In this document: in pieces, positions 28,280 through 43,857 of the stretch
How the letters are laid out: each line of letters begins with the position of its first letter
Position numbering within the stretch: position 1 is the first letter of the stretch
Assembly: GCA_051362555.1 (NCBI GenBank)
Contig: CM120641.1
Location: 15,004,001-15,068,000, forward strand
Direction: 5' to 3'
Length of the DNA stretch: 64,000 nt
From: Lingula anatina
Taxonomy: Eukaryota; Animalia; Brachiopoda
Position numbers and translations under genes: made by a program
Notes under the pieces: model-generated
Databases searched by the model: none
What the model was told of the DNA's origin: nothing
The model's input: the letters and a program-made list of their open reading frames with translations, nothing else

Positions 28280-31200
28280 TTATTTACATCAAAGGCACAC
28301 GTGCTCGCAGCATGTACGCCTGTAGTAGCACGAGGGAATGAATTCCTCTTTCAAGAGTTTCTTTATATCTACTGTCTGTGATATAACTTGTTTCCTGGAT
28401 ATGCCGTTTTTGCCGCTGGAATTGGATCGCTCTGGGGATGAGGATTATATCAAACATAACAACATTTGGGCACCGGGCATCAACAACATATATCTCTGCG
28501 TTTCTCTATCATATAAGAAGAATGTAATAACAATTAGAAATATAACATCCATCCAAGAACATATGTCTTGCACACACCCCCCCCTCCTCCCCAACGAATA
28601 TGTGATTTTAATTCCGGAATAAGCGTTGATTACTTTACATCCTCTCAAAGGTCTACCTTTGATACGATAATACGTTTTAAGAATTGTAGCTGCAAGTTTC
28701 AGATTTACTCAGACCCAGCTGCCGCGCAGGGATCCAAATCGAATTTTGTATTTGGTCACTAGTAGACGTTGGTTTCAAACCACCGTTATTCTTTAAAATG
28801 CTTTTTACCAAATTCATCATCTGAAATCTTATTTTGGTTCAATTTTAGAAAATTTGGGTAGCCACAGATACGAAAACTGGCAGATTTTGTAGAATTATTA
28901 CTAAATAACGAAATTAAAGTCAAGCATTTTGAATGCATTCAAGTAGATTAACATAGCTTAAGTAGAAGAGGTTTAAAGTTACTATCAAAAGTTGCACTGT
29001 AATCTTTATACCTTTTCTTAAAAAATTGCTTTTAACTGATGAATAGTTTGAACAATGCGTTGACTAGGACTAGGAACCTTTAGCTAAAATGGTACGGTAT
29101 AAAGCTTGAAAATTCTCACATAGATTCTGCGTTCATTGTTTCTCTAATGAAAATAAGACTCCTAAGTCAGCGCACTAAGACAGTCCCCAAAATGCGCTTT
29201 TTTTCCCTAGATGGGTCCCTTTTCATGTGTTTACGGACTTTTTAATAACTTCTGGCACTATAAATGAAACAGATTTCCAGTTATGTGATCGCTCTTCTGT
29301 CATTTTCGTCCTTTTCTCATTTAAAACCAACTGGTATAACAAGAGCAAGAAAACACTTAAAGAGCCAACATCATGGACCGCTCGATACATTTAAAGCAGA
29401 TATTTTCCACTTTGTTTTAGAAGATGTAACCAATCGACGCTTATTTATAAATTATACACTGTATTGTGCAAGATATACCATATTTCATCTCCATCAGAAT
29501 ATTAGATATCCTGCTATGACAGTCTGAATACGACTATTTGAGCGTGAAGAGAGGATGAGTCCAATATTCAATTCTTAAAGCCGTAGAGGATGAGACAACT
29601 ATTTAACTGATCGGTTGACAGTTTGGACACAACTGAAGATCTAAAGAGAATGGGATGTGAACGAGAATGAAGCTATTGACAGAAAGGTCGGTGTAACTGT
29701 GAAATCTGCGATAACAATAATACAGGCTGTATCAAAAGGATTGTATTATAGGCCTGCTTATCGTTCAAAGGTTTCCCTATGCGCTCCTCGCACGTACGCA
29801 CGCACATACACGTGTGCTCATACTCACAAACACGTATACAAACGTGAGTTAAAGATTGGACATGTAAGCATAAGTACATGTATATATGTAAGAAACAAGG
29901 CAACAGACCCATATTAGGAGCGTTGGATATTTCCCGATTGCAGTGTTAATGTTTTACACAATAAGACCATGCAGAGTAAGGGAAAACAGCCCACCCTGTC
30001 AAGACGAATCCCCTCGGCCTGTTTTACCAATTTTAAAAACTTGCATTTCCAGACAGCTATGTATATCAATGAAAACGATAAAATATCTGAGTCAAATAAG
30101 TACCAGTAGCTCATACCGACTTTTCTATAATCTTATCATCGTATTTCTCTTAAGTTTCTTTGATTCTGAAAGACGCGTACCGTAATTTGTATCATCATGC
30201 AATGTCACAGGTGTTCACATATTCATAAAGCCGAGAATCTTAATTATTTTCCTGAAGGAGCTATACTAGGTATGGGAAATAAAAGGTAAATGAACTTGGA
30301 GATATGAACTTGTCAAAAGTAATTTAATACCGCAGTGAGGCACCGAAATTTAGTAGTGCTCGGTCACAATTTACCCCAACACTGTTTGTAGCATTCGTTC
30401 TAATGTTTTTGAAATGATGAAACACATGAAAGGTCATTATGAGTTCCTCAGTTCAGATATACAATGATTTATTTTCTGAAGCAACTTGTTCATATTGAAA
30501 ATGACATCGCAATTATATTCTCTACGAAAAGATAATGGTTCACAAAAGCCCATAATCAAACTGATATGAATGGATCTGATATCATTTACACAATGCTTAG
30601 TATCATATAAATCTGCGATTTGAACTGAAGAAACAAAACACTGAACGGTAGTGGTTTGAACTTAGGTACGGAAACGCTTGATGGCACTCCTACTGTACCT
30701 ACAATGTAATTCCTTATTGTGCTGACAGAAAAAGTTCAGGATTATCTTAGGTGGATTTAGAGAGGCGTTATCATCAAGTGCCTACTTATTTCTGAGCCTG
30801 TATTTCTGAACGCAGCCGATGCCTTTTGACAGTGGAGGTACTACCTTGAGATGCCTAATAAGCCAATTACCAAACCCCAGAAACCCAGTTAAGGATTGAA
30901 TGATTAGCAATTGTTAACTGTAATTTATCTAATATTGCACGGTAATTGAACGGCGGTGGGTTGACAAAGCAATCAATCTGTGATTTGCATTTATTTCGAA
31001 AACAACTGAAATGTAATACACGAGGAGATATTCAAATCGATCCATCTTTTTTATTCGGAGATGTAGGAAAATTTTATCCTTTTGTTCCATACGCCGTGGT
31101 GTAAGTAGGCTGTATTTATCTCATAAGTTTTTAATAAGGCTGACGCTGATATGGAGCTATAAGTGTCAACCATAATACCATGTACAGTTAAGCGCAAACC

Positions 31201-34200
31201 CTAGGGCGATCTAAGTCTTTGGGCACTGACAGAGCTCTTTAAGTACATGTACATGACCTCTCTTTACTGATATTTCAATTTGAAAGTTTTTACATTATTA
31301 TGGCATAATATACCTTGTTAAATTTTATTGTACCAAAGAATTGTAAAATTACAGATACTCCATACAGCAGCCGTAAAAGTGTAAATTTTCTATTGTCTTC
31401 TGTTTCTTGCATTTTAATCACTGTGCTGAATTTGGAAGGTGGAATATAGTCATTTCAATATTCTTCGAACGCATGTAAGGTATATTACATTAGGTGGTCA
31501 TACATTTGAGCCCTTAAAGCTTACTTGCCTTGATTTTACTATCCCAATCTGTTAGCTGAAAACTGAGCGTGGTGATGGTATTACTGTTTGTAAGTGTGGT
31601 CACACTAGTTTGGTCACACTAGTCGCTGTCACAGAAGACCCGTATAAACACGGGAATGGAAAAGTATACAGGAATTGGTTAGAAACGGTATGTACTGTAA
31701 CCTAATCTTTCTCTGGCAGGAGTGCTAAGACAAAACTGGATGAATTTTCTTTTTCTTAGGTATTTGTTATAAATACTATTCCGTTGAAGGTTTATGTATA
31801 ATTTGTAGAAACATATTTGCTAAGCGTATTTTCTAAATTCTGTAAGCGCACTTTTTAGATATACTGCACAAGAAAAAATTGACTTATATATAATAAGGTT
31901 TACTATATACAATGCCTTTGAAAATATGATTTTTGTATGGTTTTTTCATGTGACATATAATTATTTTGACAAATGAGACTAACTATAGATTTACTACAGT
32001 TAAGACAAGCAATCCCCAATAAACACACAGTATGTTTAAACAGAATTAACCGAGAGCTCGGTAATTGGTTTTAAGTATTGACAAGGGAGACTCTCAAATG
32101 TTTTCTTTGTGTTGATTTTGTACAACCGAGTCTTTCTTATATTACGCACAATGTATTATTCTAATTTTATAGCATAATAAACACTTTAAGGATCGTGAAT
32201 ACGTTGTTTTCAGTGAGTGGTTTTCATTAAAAAATGCAACTATTTTAGGTCCGAATAATAAACTTTGCCTCTTTACATACGTCGCTAAAGGTGCTATAGT
32301 TTGGCAAAGGTCAGATCAACTGCCCAATAGCAAACCTGGACAGTTAAATAAATTATCCTCTCATTTTGACATATCAAACGCATTCTTGAATAATCAAATG
32401 TCTTAAGTTAACAAACTCATTGCAAACATGTTGACTCACTTTTATCTGGAAACAGCATTGCAATTTTCTTATTATTATAATGACAGTAGGCCTACTAGTG
32501 CACATTAATTCCTAGCTGGCATCTTTATTAGAGCTAGACAAGAATAGTTCGCCATTTAACTTGCATGGCTGAACCTCTCCTGTTAAACCATCTGTCATAT
32601 GCCTATAACTTTGGAATTCTTGTTAATTTCACATACATCTGGGATTCCCGGTCATAGGATGTGCTGTTCTCATTTAAAAATAAGCAATTGATATGGCCTA
32701 TACTGATGAATGAATAAATTCTGAGAAAATCTCAGTTTACGAAAGGATAGGTTGATAGCCCTATTAATATCTTGAACGGATGCCTGCAATATCTACCTCA
32801 TCTCCATTGAGAAAAGCGGTTACAAAGCAAAGCTGTTCCAAATATCCAAAGGTAAAAACAGCCTCCCAATCTATAGAAGATGTTTGGTGTTTAATATGGT
32901 TTTTAGCCTCTGATCACATTGCAATATGGCAGTGGATTACATGGGTTTATAGGAGGCCAATTTGGGTCAATATTCAAGTCCAAAAATCTAGCTGGGACCC
33001 GTTGTCTTGGCCCGTGCCCAATTGAGTTGGAAGGCGCGTACAGCTTGGCCCGGGCCTTATCTGTTGTAGAAAAAGCCCAAATGTCACCCGTGATTCTACT
33101 TAGGCTTTAGAACAACTGAAATTAAGCTCACGTGGCTCTCTTATGCTCTTGAATAGGCTACATACAGTCTAAACCTCTAATTTTGTTTTAGAGTAGTTCA
33201 ATGCATGCTCTTACATAGATTTTAGAATAACCCCATGCCATTGGTCAAACATTTTTAAAGCACTTTGAACCCCATTTGACTATACTCGTTACCTCCACCA
33301 TTCTAAAGTGATCTTTCATTTTGCCGGACTGGTTTCACAAAAAAGCCATAGCCTGAAAACTGATCTTAACTTTCAGATCTAAAAATCTGAATTTGTTTTG
33401 ACCCAAATAAATCAGTAGTATGTTTGATAACAGGGAATTCATTATTCATGCTTCAGATCGATATTTACCTTATTTAAATGAACTACTATAGATTTACAAC
33501 GTGTTATCTACATGTACAACTGGTGTTTTGGTTTAAAGTAAAGACCCTTTTACGGGCACTGGCTCTTTTCAGAAAACATCGCCTGGAATAAAATGATAAG
33601 TTGACAGATCACTCAATATAGATCTGCAATACAAGTTTGATTTCTTAGGCTTCGGCATTGTAATGCTTCAGACAACTGCACGTTACTTCTTTCTGTCTAT
33701 TTACGATGTTAAAAATTAAAAAGGGAACTTCAATGCGAGGCTGGTTATTTGACCAAGAGAAATTATTTAGGTATACATGTTAATAAGCAAGTCACCAGGT
33801 GGAAAATATAACAGTTTGACGAAAATATGTTAGAAATTAATGAAAGCTATGAACCTTAAATTAAAACGGAAAAAGTCAATACATGAAGAGTATCTCCAGA
33901 GGATGGATATGGCCCCAAAGTCAGCTTACTATCGATGGAGTATTCTTTTTACTTATGAGTGATGCATTTCCTCCTCCTTTATCCTAAGCGACGCAATGAA
34001 ATACGAATCCCAGCAGCATCTCCTCCCCAATTTAAAAGAAAGTAGGTGACCTAAAAATGGTGTCTCTGGGAGATGAGATTTAGCTGGTAGTAAGTTTTAC
34101 AAACATACTATTTAGCCCCCCCCCCCCCAAAAAAAAAAATGCACTCAATATGAAAGCACCTATTGTACCAGAAGCAATTATATAACAACTGTGATTTCTA

Positions 34201-34281
34201 TTAAACCGAGGTTCCTAGATGCACTCCAGGAATATTGGCTCAAAATTGTTGACAACTGACTAGCAATGCTCGAGGCTTTTA

Positions 34282-34959
34282 AGGTTATTGTAACCCTTTA
34301 TTATCATCCAGATACCGAAAATGAGTTTTTTCTGCACCTAATTATTCAATAATTCATCTATCTTTGTGCTGATTTAAAAGAAAGAAAAAAAAACTCGAAA
34401 ATATAAAATATCGGCGTTTATATTTTTTCGTTGCAATGTATAAGCATGGGCAACTCAAAGCTTCAATCGTCAGTTTAACACCTTTCTATTTTGGGGTGAG
34501 ATAGCAACCGGTATGGGGCGTAACTTCATTCCTGAACGAATTTTTATCACCAAAATTGGTAGAGATAACCAGGAGAGTATCGTCTACAATCACGTGCCGT
34601 CATTTTGGTTTAAATGTTTCTGTTTTTGAGTTATGAGCCCCTAGGTAAAGATTTTGCTTTATCGACGATAAAGCCTGAACCAAGATTTTTATGAAAAATC
34701 GCTGGCAGGGTTTTGGAATACTAAATGGTGTCATTAAATCGACTTAAAACGGTGATCGTGGGTGCTCAGGTAAAAGAGAAATTTGAGAAACCGATTTTCC
34801 GTTTTTACCCAAAAAATCGTAATTATGACGTCATCCATAAGATGACATGTGTAAATATTAATTAATTTAGTCATTTAACATTGAAGATTCATTTATTACC
34901 CTAAAGAATGTATGTAAGGCAGTAAATAAGGAGTTTTGGGCGTAGGGTGACAATATCCT
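34282..34959. mobile_element. Old MITE with degenerate TTAA flanks (Kolobok-like)
   Basis: 16-bp TIRs matching 14/16, AGGTTATTGTAACCCT / AGGGTGACAATATCCT; flanks TTTA and TTAG. Confidence 0.55.
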
Positions 34960-37900
34960 TTAGCTAAAACTGTTTCCTTGGGATATACACAGTGTAACAC
35001 TGTAGCAACTAAGTCACGAAATAACAACATCTTATGATAGTCATTTCCGATACCAGACAGCTGCGCCGTTGTTTATCAACCCAGATATCAATAGTTTGGG
35101 ATTGACGTATGCGTTTGTAAGAATAATAAATCATTATTTGAAACTGAAATAATTTCTGATATTCATGACCGCTTTATCAGACTAGACTATAAAGATTGAT
35201 GCAGTCCTAGTCCGTATTTTACTGGTATTACATCATCTATTGTTAATTGGATATATAGCCTGTCATTTCCAAACAATCCTGGCTTTATTGAGAGAAAGCA
35301 AAATCAGATAAGATTTATGGCAATATTTATGACGCAAATGTTGGTAGCATGATTTCACCATTTTGGGACTGTTTCTTTTACGTGCATGCATCAGATCTCG
35401 GGTTCAAAAGGTTGCGTTTCAACGGTGGAAAAATAAGCCAGTTATCCAGCATCCGCGTCAATGTTTTTCTTGTAACATTTTGAAATGTCACTGCCAATCA
35501 CAGTGCATCTGATATTACTAAAGGTGCACTATTACAAGTTGTCTAGACTGTTTACTTAAGAGCAGGTCACCGGTCGCATGGCACAATACACCCACATACA
35601 ATTAAACCTTCTGAAATTTCTTATCAACATGGCAAAGTCCATTATCAGATAATTATTCTTTTCAGCACCGATGCCAATATTCAGCAGCAAATTGTAACCC
35701 ATCTACTTCCATGAGAATCGTTAATTATGGCTACCATGGATAGTTTGGACACTGTAAATATCGCATTCACGTCAGTGGCGTCCGTAATTTAACCCGTATA
35801 ACCTATTTATTGCTATTCCATCTTTGACTGGGGTAAATAGTTATTTCGTAAAAGAATGAATCATATTATATGATTGATAATTCGGCCTTAAGCAAAACCG
35901 CATTTTATTGAAATGACATATGAAAAAGTGTTTAATGATACATAAATGTATAAATGACAAAATTAACTTTTGAAAAAACACAAGTACCTGTATTGTTTTG
36001 AGAATGAAGTAAGTAATTGAGTTTTACAGGAGTTATATAGCCTATTTCCAACGCATTCTTTATTTGACGTTCGTGGATGTGTCTCTTTGAATGACCTTGT
36101 GGTAATAAGATAGTAGTATGTTTTGAAGACTGTGTGTGTGAAATAAAGCTAATGTTATGGGTCTTGTACATTTGAAAACTGGGGAAAGTTAAACCTCCAA
36201 CTCCCAGGGTAACCGAAGATAGTATGGTGGACGCCAAGTAACTTCACTCCCTCCACCCCCACCCCCCACCCCCCAAAAAAAGAACGGATTGTTAATCATA
36301 AATATTAGTCTAAACTTTCGCCTATATGCCACTGTAATACTAAAAAAAGTTAAGACCCATTGTTAGATATTTTCAGTGTTGCATTAATTTATGGAACTTA
36401 TATCTAAGTTTTTGTACAGATTTCACTAATAATCAAGACAATTTTCTACGTCCAGCTAAATTCTCTCTTTGACAAAATGAAAACACAGATAAAAAGTTTT
36501 AAAAAAAGCGAAAGTTTTCTCGTTGTTACTTAGGTCTCAAACACTTGAACGAAACCCGTCACATTAATGTCTCCAGCGTTGTTCGTTTAACCGTTAAATT
36601 AAAAAACTGAGCAAATCAAGGACAGCACCTTAGGATTTCATTTAAAAGACACGTTTGGCACTTGGGTAGAAATATCAGCTTGTGACATATGTTCGGGTTA
36701 CTCAAGGGACTTGTGCGCACTGCAGCCAATTGTCTTGATACGGAGACCTCTGTTTAAACAGCTAGTCATGAGAGCTGCTCAGCAAACTAGAAGACATGCT
36801 GTCATACGTGAAAAGGAAAGATCAATGTACTTAATTCGTTTTTACTACCAATATGGGAAAGAAGATCGAGAGGCTTCAGTTTAGCGCCAATCTGTAGAGA
36901 GTCTCACAGTGCAAAACAAAGCAATACTACCGGACGTCCCTTTCTTACATACTTGCTATTAATAGCATCATTAGTGGTGCGTCGTCTTATAGCTGGTGAT
37001 TGATGACCGTATTCAGTGCTAGTACAGGTTGTGACACTTCATCAATATAATACCTTCGGTTACAAGATTTTCCTGTAATAACTCCCTGTGAGATTTTTGT
37101 TCATAGTATTTTTTTCTTGGGTTAGGAGTTCTAGGACATAACCATTTAAGTCTTATGTTTGATGTTTCTTGATATGCGCATAGGGCGTATGGTAACATTA
37201 TATCATAAAAACACAATAGCTACCGCATTATCTACTCATTTTCGATTGACATATTAGAGAAAAGGGAACACATTTGTATCATACAAAGTTCTCCAATGAA
37301 CACTGTATGTGAGATCTGATTAGGCGTTAAAAGGAATATTCATATATTCATATCAAAACACACTGGTAATTTTACTTTTTAAAAGGCTTAGACAACATGC
37401 TAGAACCCGATACCAACACTGGACAATGTTCATACGTGCATTGGGGCTCAATCCTGTTTCATGTTTTGGCATCCAAGCAAGCACAACTCGTACACCTGTT
37501 GTGATAGAGAAGACAAGTACTCAGTAGAAACACATTGCATATTTGCTACAATATCTAAGACGGATACCATGTAAGCGACTAAGGTCATTCAAATAAGACG
37601 TTTATATCAAAAAAAATAATAATAATAATAAGCCTAACCTTCAACCTTGATAAATAGAGAGAAATTAGGAGTGAAGGCGTGTCACAATTTCTATTCGTCA
37701 AAACTTTACAATAGCCCTATAGTCGTAACCATGCCTCCATTAAATTATGTTTCCTTGAGGTTCCATTGGAGGCCCAGGACAAACTTAGCATGGTTTTCAC
37801 TTTGGCAACTTTTGACAACTTGATGTATATCTAAGATTGCCAATTCCCGAAAAAATATAAACCTTGCATATAAAAGACCCCTGATCTTGGTCACTTTTAC

Positions 37901-39397
37901 AGCTTCAGCCCAAGTGTTTTTTGATAAAGCCAAAATGCTTTCCAACAGCCACAGAATATTGTTTTTCACTAAACCTGGTTTGAAATATTAAGTTGTTTCA
38001 CTTTTCAGACACAATGGTTAGAGCTAAAAACAGAATGTTAAAGTCAGAATGTTTGTTTGTTCTTCAACGGGGTTAGGACTTCAACGGGGTTGACTTTTCA
38101 TTCCTTTGCCACTGTCGTCCTCGGGCTTGTTACAAGGTAGGTCAGGGTGGTCTGACTGCATGAGCAGCTTCTTCTAGGGGAGAGGGGGGGGGGGGAGACG
38201 CCATGCACCATGAGCACCACGGCCATCTCTAGCAGCTTCAGAAAGAGGAGCATAAGGAGCATCTACAGATGATTCAACATAAAAGGAACCACGGTCAGCA
38301 CGGGGTTTTCCTGACTCGCGTTTCAGCTGCTCATGATATTAAAGGATTGATACTCACGTTATGGAATATGCACTGGTAAGAAGAAGAAGAAGACATATTT
38401 TTATGAATTGAGAATCTGCCGGAAGTGCGTCAGGCATGCGGTCGGTTAAGTTGGGTGTGTCTGGAATACACAATGCATACACAATAAATGCGCTGAATTC
38501 GTTATTCATACGCTACATGTACGTCCCACAGAAGTCAAATTACATGTAATAGTAAGTTTTTGCAATATCGGCTGCGTGTTGAAATGAGTTAAATGGAAAT
38601 CATATGAGCTTGATATAAGCAAAAGAATGACAAGAGGCTTAGTTTCGGAGATAAACGACCTGGGAAATTAAAAAAGAATATTTAACTGTAAAAATTAGGT
38701 CAAAATTTAAATCTAAGGTTACTGTTGGATTTGCCATACAGTATACTGTTTTGTATTCAACATCATGAGATATATCATATAACCATCAGTTGTTATCAGT
38801 GTCAACCTGGGCATAACGAGACACCTTAAACAACAGCCGATTTTCGATCTCAACCAAACCATCTTTTAGGGATGAATTCATATATGCTAAAAGACAGTCT
38901 TTCGGCTTTTTACCAATTTGTGCGAAATTTCCTATTCTACATATGAAAATGTATTGTGCCCGAATTGTTTCCAGAAAACATCTGAATTTTTTTATCTATG
39001 GAATAAGAGCTTCTTGGGAATACGACCTCCATAATGGAAACAATTTCTTCTGTGAAAACACCCTATTGTACTAGTACGTACAAGTACCTGCTGTATTACT
39101 GATTGCATACTTCAAAAAAGACAAAAATGAAAAGCGAAGCAAACCCGCTAAATTCATTTTGGCTGACATTGTTTTTTTCTCTCACTTTTTAAATGTGTTG
39201 CGCTTATATTTAACTAATATGTACAAACGGCGCACATTGTATGAGGTCATGTCAGGTCATGTAAAAAAATGAATCAATATACCCTTAACGTATTCAAATA
39301 TATGCTGCAGCTTCCAGAATAAAGGCACACGATGCGCTACGTCATGCATATAATGAATCAAAGGCCGCATTCATATCAGCGGACTATCTGGTTCGCA

Positions 39398-39512
39398 GAT
39401 CAAATATGGCCGAACCACTTGAATGCTTGTTGCGTAATCCCTGCCGGGAATCTTTTCAGTGTTTATAAGTGGATTAAACGACAAGCTTTTAAGTTGGTCG
39501 CCATATTTGATC
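39398..39512. repeat. Short inverted-repeat element (MITE-like)
   Basis: Perfect 13-bp inverted repeat GATCAAATATGGC / GCCATATTTGATC; the same arm recurs at 8515-8527. Confidence 0.5.
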
Positions 39513-41469
39513 CGTGGATTAGTTAGCCCGGTGTTATGAATACCACCAAAATGTTTCTCTTTTAATGATTCGGCTTTAATTTTGAAAAATATTGCTTTGA
39601 CTGAGAACAGATTTTCTGGAATGACTACTTGAAAAGGGCGGTGATATGGATGACATGAAGGTATAAATGATAATTAAAATGGCTTTATGACTAAGCTGCT
39701 CGCAGAAGAAACTTCTAACAAAAGATGGGGCTGAGGGGTGTTGCAAAAAAAAAAATTAGAATTTGAAAATAAACATACAACCAGGACTTGGTAATTTTAT
39801 AATACGGCACATGTATCATGAGACTCAGAGTCGTGCATTTAAAATGAACCGTTAAAATTCCTAGTATTGGCACTGAAATATTAGAAGAATGTGTATTTGT
39901 CAATTGCGTTTTATGTGAATGTAACATTATTATAACCATTCAAATATACATACCAAATGACAAGAAACCCTATTTTCATAACGTTTTAGGTCGTTTTTAT
40001 AGTCAAATTTTGTTTAGTTGTTTACAAGCCTTTCGGATTTATAAAATGGCACCAGAACAGCACCAAATCAAAACCGAAACCCTACTAACTTATCAATTTT
40101 CTGTTTTAAAAACTTTTAAGTTTGTTGTCTTCGCCATTTAAAACCAACGTGCGTGATATCCTATCTCGAACTTGTTTGTCTCACACCCGTCTTGTTTAGA
40201 TATTTTAAGCTTGGCAAATGTTCTTCACGTGAAGCCATCATGTTTATTTAACTTGCATAATTTTTCTTTAACAATTGCTGTGGTTTACTCAGTATGCCGT
40301 TGTATAACCAATCGAAGCATCGTAAATGGCTTTTCGGCTCGGTGACCTGGAGTACGTGCAAACTCCGGAAACTGCATTGTGAAATAGACTTATTTTTGAA
40401 CTGACTTTTTTTTTCTGTCATGACAACAGTTATTTCAATTGATTCACGATCATAAAGCAGGGCAGGGATGGTAATTTAGGAAAGATAACCTCTAAACAAA
40501 ATATAGTTAAGCACACATTTATGTTGGGTTTGACTATTGTTTGGTGCCATTAGTCATCTTACCTTTTGGACACAAATCTATAATTTTTAAACTGCATCGT
40601 TCATGTTTCAAATAGAATTTACTTAGTGCTAGATATTCAATTTCCGCGACACTGTTGCAGTGTAATAGATCATGTAGGTGAGAGATTTTCACCGCATTAA
40701 AACCCATTTAACAGTGGTTTATGGATCAATAAATACAACAATGATAACTTTTTCATCAACTTTTTATGACATCACGTGACAGTGATGCTTTTGTCACACT
40801 TGTGATTCTTTGGTTTAACTCGTCTATGTGTACTGATATTAAACGCTGGTTGTCTCAAAAATGAGAGATTATATTTCGAGCCACATTTATTGACATTTTC
40901 ATTTTCATTTGACATTTTCTAGACAAAACCCTGGTAATACTTTTGTTACTAGCCTAATTGTCTAACAACTCTCAGAGATACGAGTACCTAGTCTTCAAGG
41001 AAAGACTCGCCGGAATTTGGTGTTTCGTCTTTATGGTAAACAAATGCAAGGAGAAATATTATTTTGAAATGAGCATTGAATCGGTAAACTTTGCCAATGA
41101 GCAGCGAAGGGAATGGACGGAATGTCCGTGCGTCATGTTTGTCCGGAAAGAATGTACTTTGAGTGAGATGATGTTTTACTAGTTGTGTTCTATCAAAAAG
41201 AATACTGGACAGTAGCCAATAAAATCAGTAAACTACAGAGCAATAACATAACTGCTTGTCTACTCAAGACGGTTCTGTCTTTACAGCGGAAACAGTTCTT
41301 GGAAACGCCAACCGGTCGTGGACATAGCTACATTGATCTTAATAAGAGCGGGTCTTTGGCAAAGTAGAAATGGGTTTGTTATAAAATTTTGAAATTCGTC
41401 ATTTCCTACTGCATGAACGATCGAAATATCTTTTTCGATCTTTGATAACCTACTCCTCCACAGTGCATC

Positions 41470-41805
41470 ATGGCGCCAGTGAACGCTACAACTCTAGTTA
41501 CCACTACCGCTCCGTCTGTAACTACAACTGCTGGCATGGGCCTGGGGATCACAATTGGCGTGGCTGCTTTACTGTTTGGTTGCCTCATATTTTTGGATCT
41601 TCTTCAATGTTTCGAATCCTGCAGGAAGAAAATTGTCGTGCGAAAAGCAAAGAAAAAAGTGAGAAAACGTGCCGAAAAGGTTGGCAAGATGCAAGTTGCA
41701 GCCATTGCATGGACTCGCTCGGATCGCGCCAATTCACTGAAACCAGAGCAAGGAGCGACTGGCTATGAAGGAAACGTTGGGAGATCGGAGTCACCTCTTA
41801 ACTGA
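41470..41805 (+). CDS. Small single-pass membrane protein, 111 aa (or terminal exon of a larger membrane protein)
   Basis: Strong Kozak ATCATGG; acceptor CTCCTCCACAG ending at 41463. N-A-T sequon, Thr-rich ectodomain, hydrophobic GLGITIGVAALLFGCLIFL, juxtamembrane Cys and a K/R-rich tail. AATAAA at ~42293 and ~42341. Confidence 0.7.
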   Translation: MAPVNATTLVTTTAPSVTTTAGMGLGITIGVAALLFGCLIFLDLLQCFESCRKKIVVRKAKKKVRKRAEKVGKMQVAAIAWTRSDRANSLKPEQGATGYEGNVGRSESPLN

Positions 41806-42834
41806 TGTAACGCTACCGTAGGTGATAATTGGATATGTTATATAAAAAACATGGGTGCTGATGTTTGACATTTCATTATTTGAAACAAGATGCTTGAAAA
41901 GAGGTACACTGTAGTGAAAGGAAAAGGGAAATATCAGTCAGATTTTCAGCAAGTCACGAAGAATGGATTTGATAAACAGTAGTTCACAGCAAAAGACAAT
42001 GCGAGTTTTTTTTTTCAAATATTTATTTGTACTGATGTAAAATACTTCATTGATTGTTATGTACCACCAAGCTTCGACTGTGAAAAATATATCTGCAACT
42101 ACTGTATTTTCATCATATGGGCCTCTGTCGCCAAACGAAAACAAGGAAGAAAGGATGAAATGTCTACAAGCCAGTTACAACTGTTTGAACACACATTGTC
42201 CGCCTCTACTGTTTTACCTTTAAGACAAAACATGAAGCTTTTGTTTTAACAACACTAACATAGATAGTTTTGTGGCGTTTTGTTCGACCATAATAAACAC
42301 TGCAGTACAATATCGGCTGACAACTATTATCAAGATGAATAATAAACGCCGCATACAGGTATATCTATGAATTTATTTTTCCTTGTCAATATAAAATCGA
42401 CGGTAGAGTGTTTGGAAGGCTAGCAAGACCACATACTCATCGTACCGGTATATCCGTGAAACAAAATGTGTAAGAAATCCCCGAGTCCAAAACTTATCTC
42501 AACCGGAGTCATTTAGATTTTTTTTTCACCTTTTACATTCCATACCAATTTTAAAGGGATTAAAAACATTTTCTGATTATAGCCTCCAATGCGTTTTAAA
42601 ATAATAGCTAATAGCTCTGAAAATGGACGTTTTCCAAGTAAATGCCGTCACCTTGTCGTATCAGTAATCCGTTTTATACCTTTCATAAACAACTGACTAG
42701 TCTATCAAATTAAGTTATAAATCTTGATCTAAACACGGACAAAATCCGGTAAATAAATCAAATTCAAAGATATGATCTAAAGTGACATGCTAAAATGAAG
42801 CAAAATAAAAAATCGCCCATAATGTTTAATGTTT

Positions 42835-42840
42835 TTATTT
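42835..42840 (-). terminator. Probable polyadenylation signal of the NWD-like gene
   Basis: AATAAA on the - strand at the end of an AU-rich ~1-kb stretch after the stop codon. Confidence 0.5.
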
Positions 42841-43857
42841 GGCACAAAATCACAAAGATACTCGTCAATATTTACTGAAATGTAAAACTGACAATTATCA
42901 CAACTCTAATGTAAATGTTAATAATATCACAGTGTAGAATGTCTTTTTTTCTTGGAAATCAAAAAGTCAATAACACAGTCACACCATAACTACACAGGAA
43001 CATATCAAACTATAACAATAACTGTTGTACAAGTTATAACTATTTTAAGGCACTTTTTTTAGAATCGCACAAACAAATCCATTTACAGTGATAATCACTA
43101 TAAAAATACAACTGACATTAAATTTATTAAATAACCACAAAAATGGTCTGTCTTGATACAAATAAACTTAGTAGAAAAACACAATCACAGCAATACTATC
43201 AATTTTACAAAAGCATTAACTTCTAAGTAAAAACTGTCATAGTGATTTTGATTAAAATGCACCAAGTAACACATCATGTCTACTGTAAAATCCAAATATA
43301 AACATATGAAATACAGTGTACCATTAAAATTCTAACAAACGCAGTAAGAAAAATATCAAGAATAAGGACATCAGTTATGTTACTCAGCATCCACGTGGAT
43401 ACATAGCTTACTGGGCTCTCCTACAGCATGACAGAAACATGAACATTTAACATATATTAACTTAGTTTTGAAGTCAGAATACTGGTAAATCGTTATTGCA
43501 CAATGGAATGAAAATGCATACGTGAAGGACAAAAAATGCCCTTCATTGGCACAGCAGCTTAAAAGCATAAAAACAAAATATTGATAAATATAGCACAGGC
43601 AAATTGTCACAAAGCAACAAATAACTCATTTCTACAAAAACTGAAAAAAAATAATATAAAAAAATATTTTCAAAATGATTCGTTCTGAAAAAATAAAAAA
43701 TAATAAACAGCAAATAGTTAAATTATTTTGTGGATCACCCTCTCATGTTGAGAAATTTTATATTACAGGATAAAAAATAAATTCTTTCACAGAGAATTGG
43801 GTATGGGATTCCAGGTAAAACAAGTACCCATCAAAACTCAGGGTGCTATCCTACATG

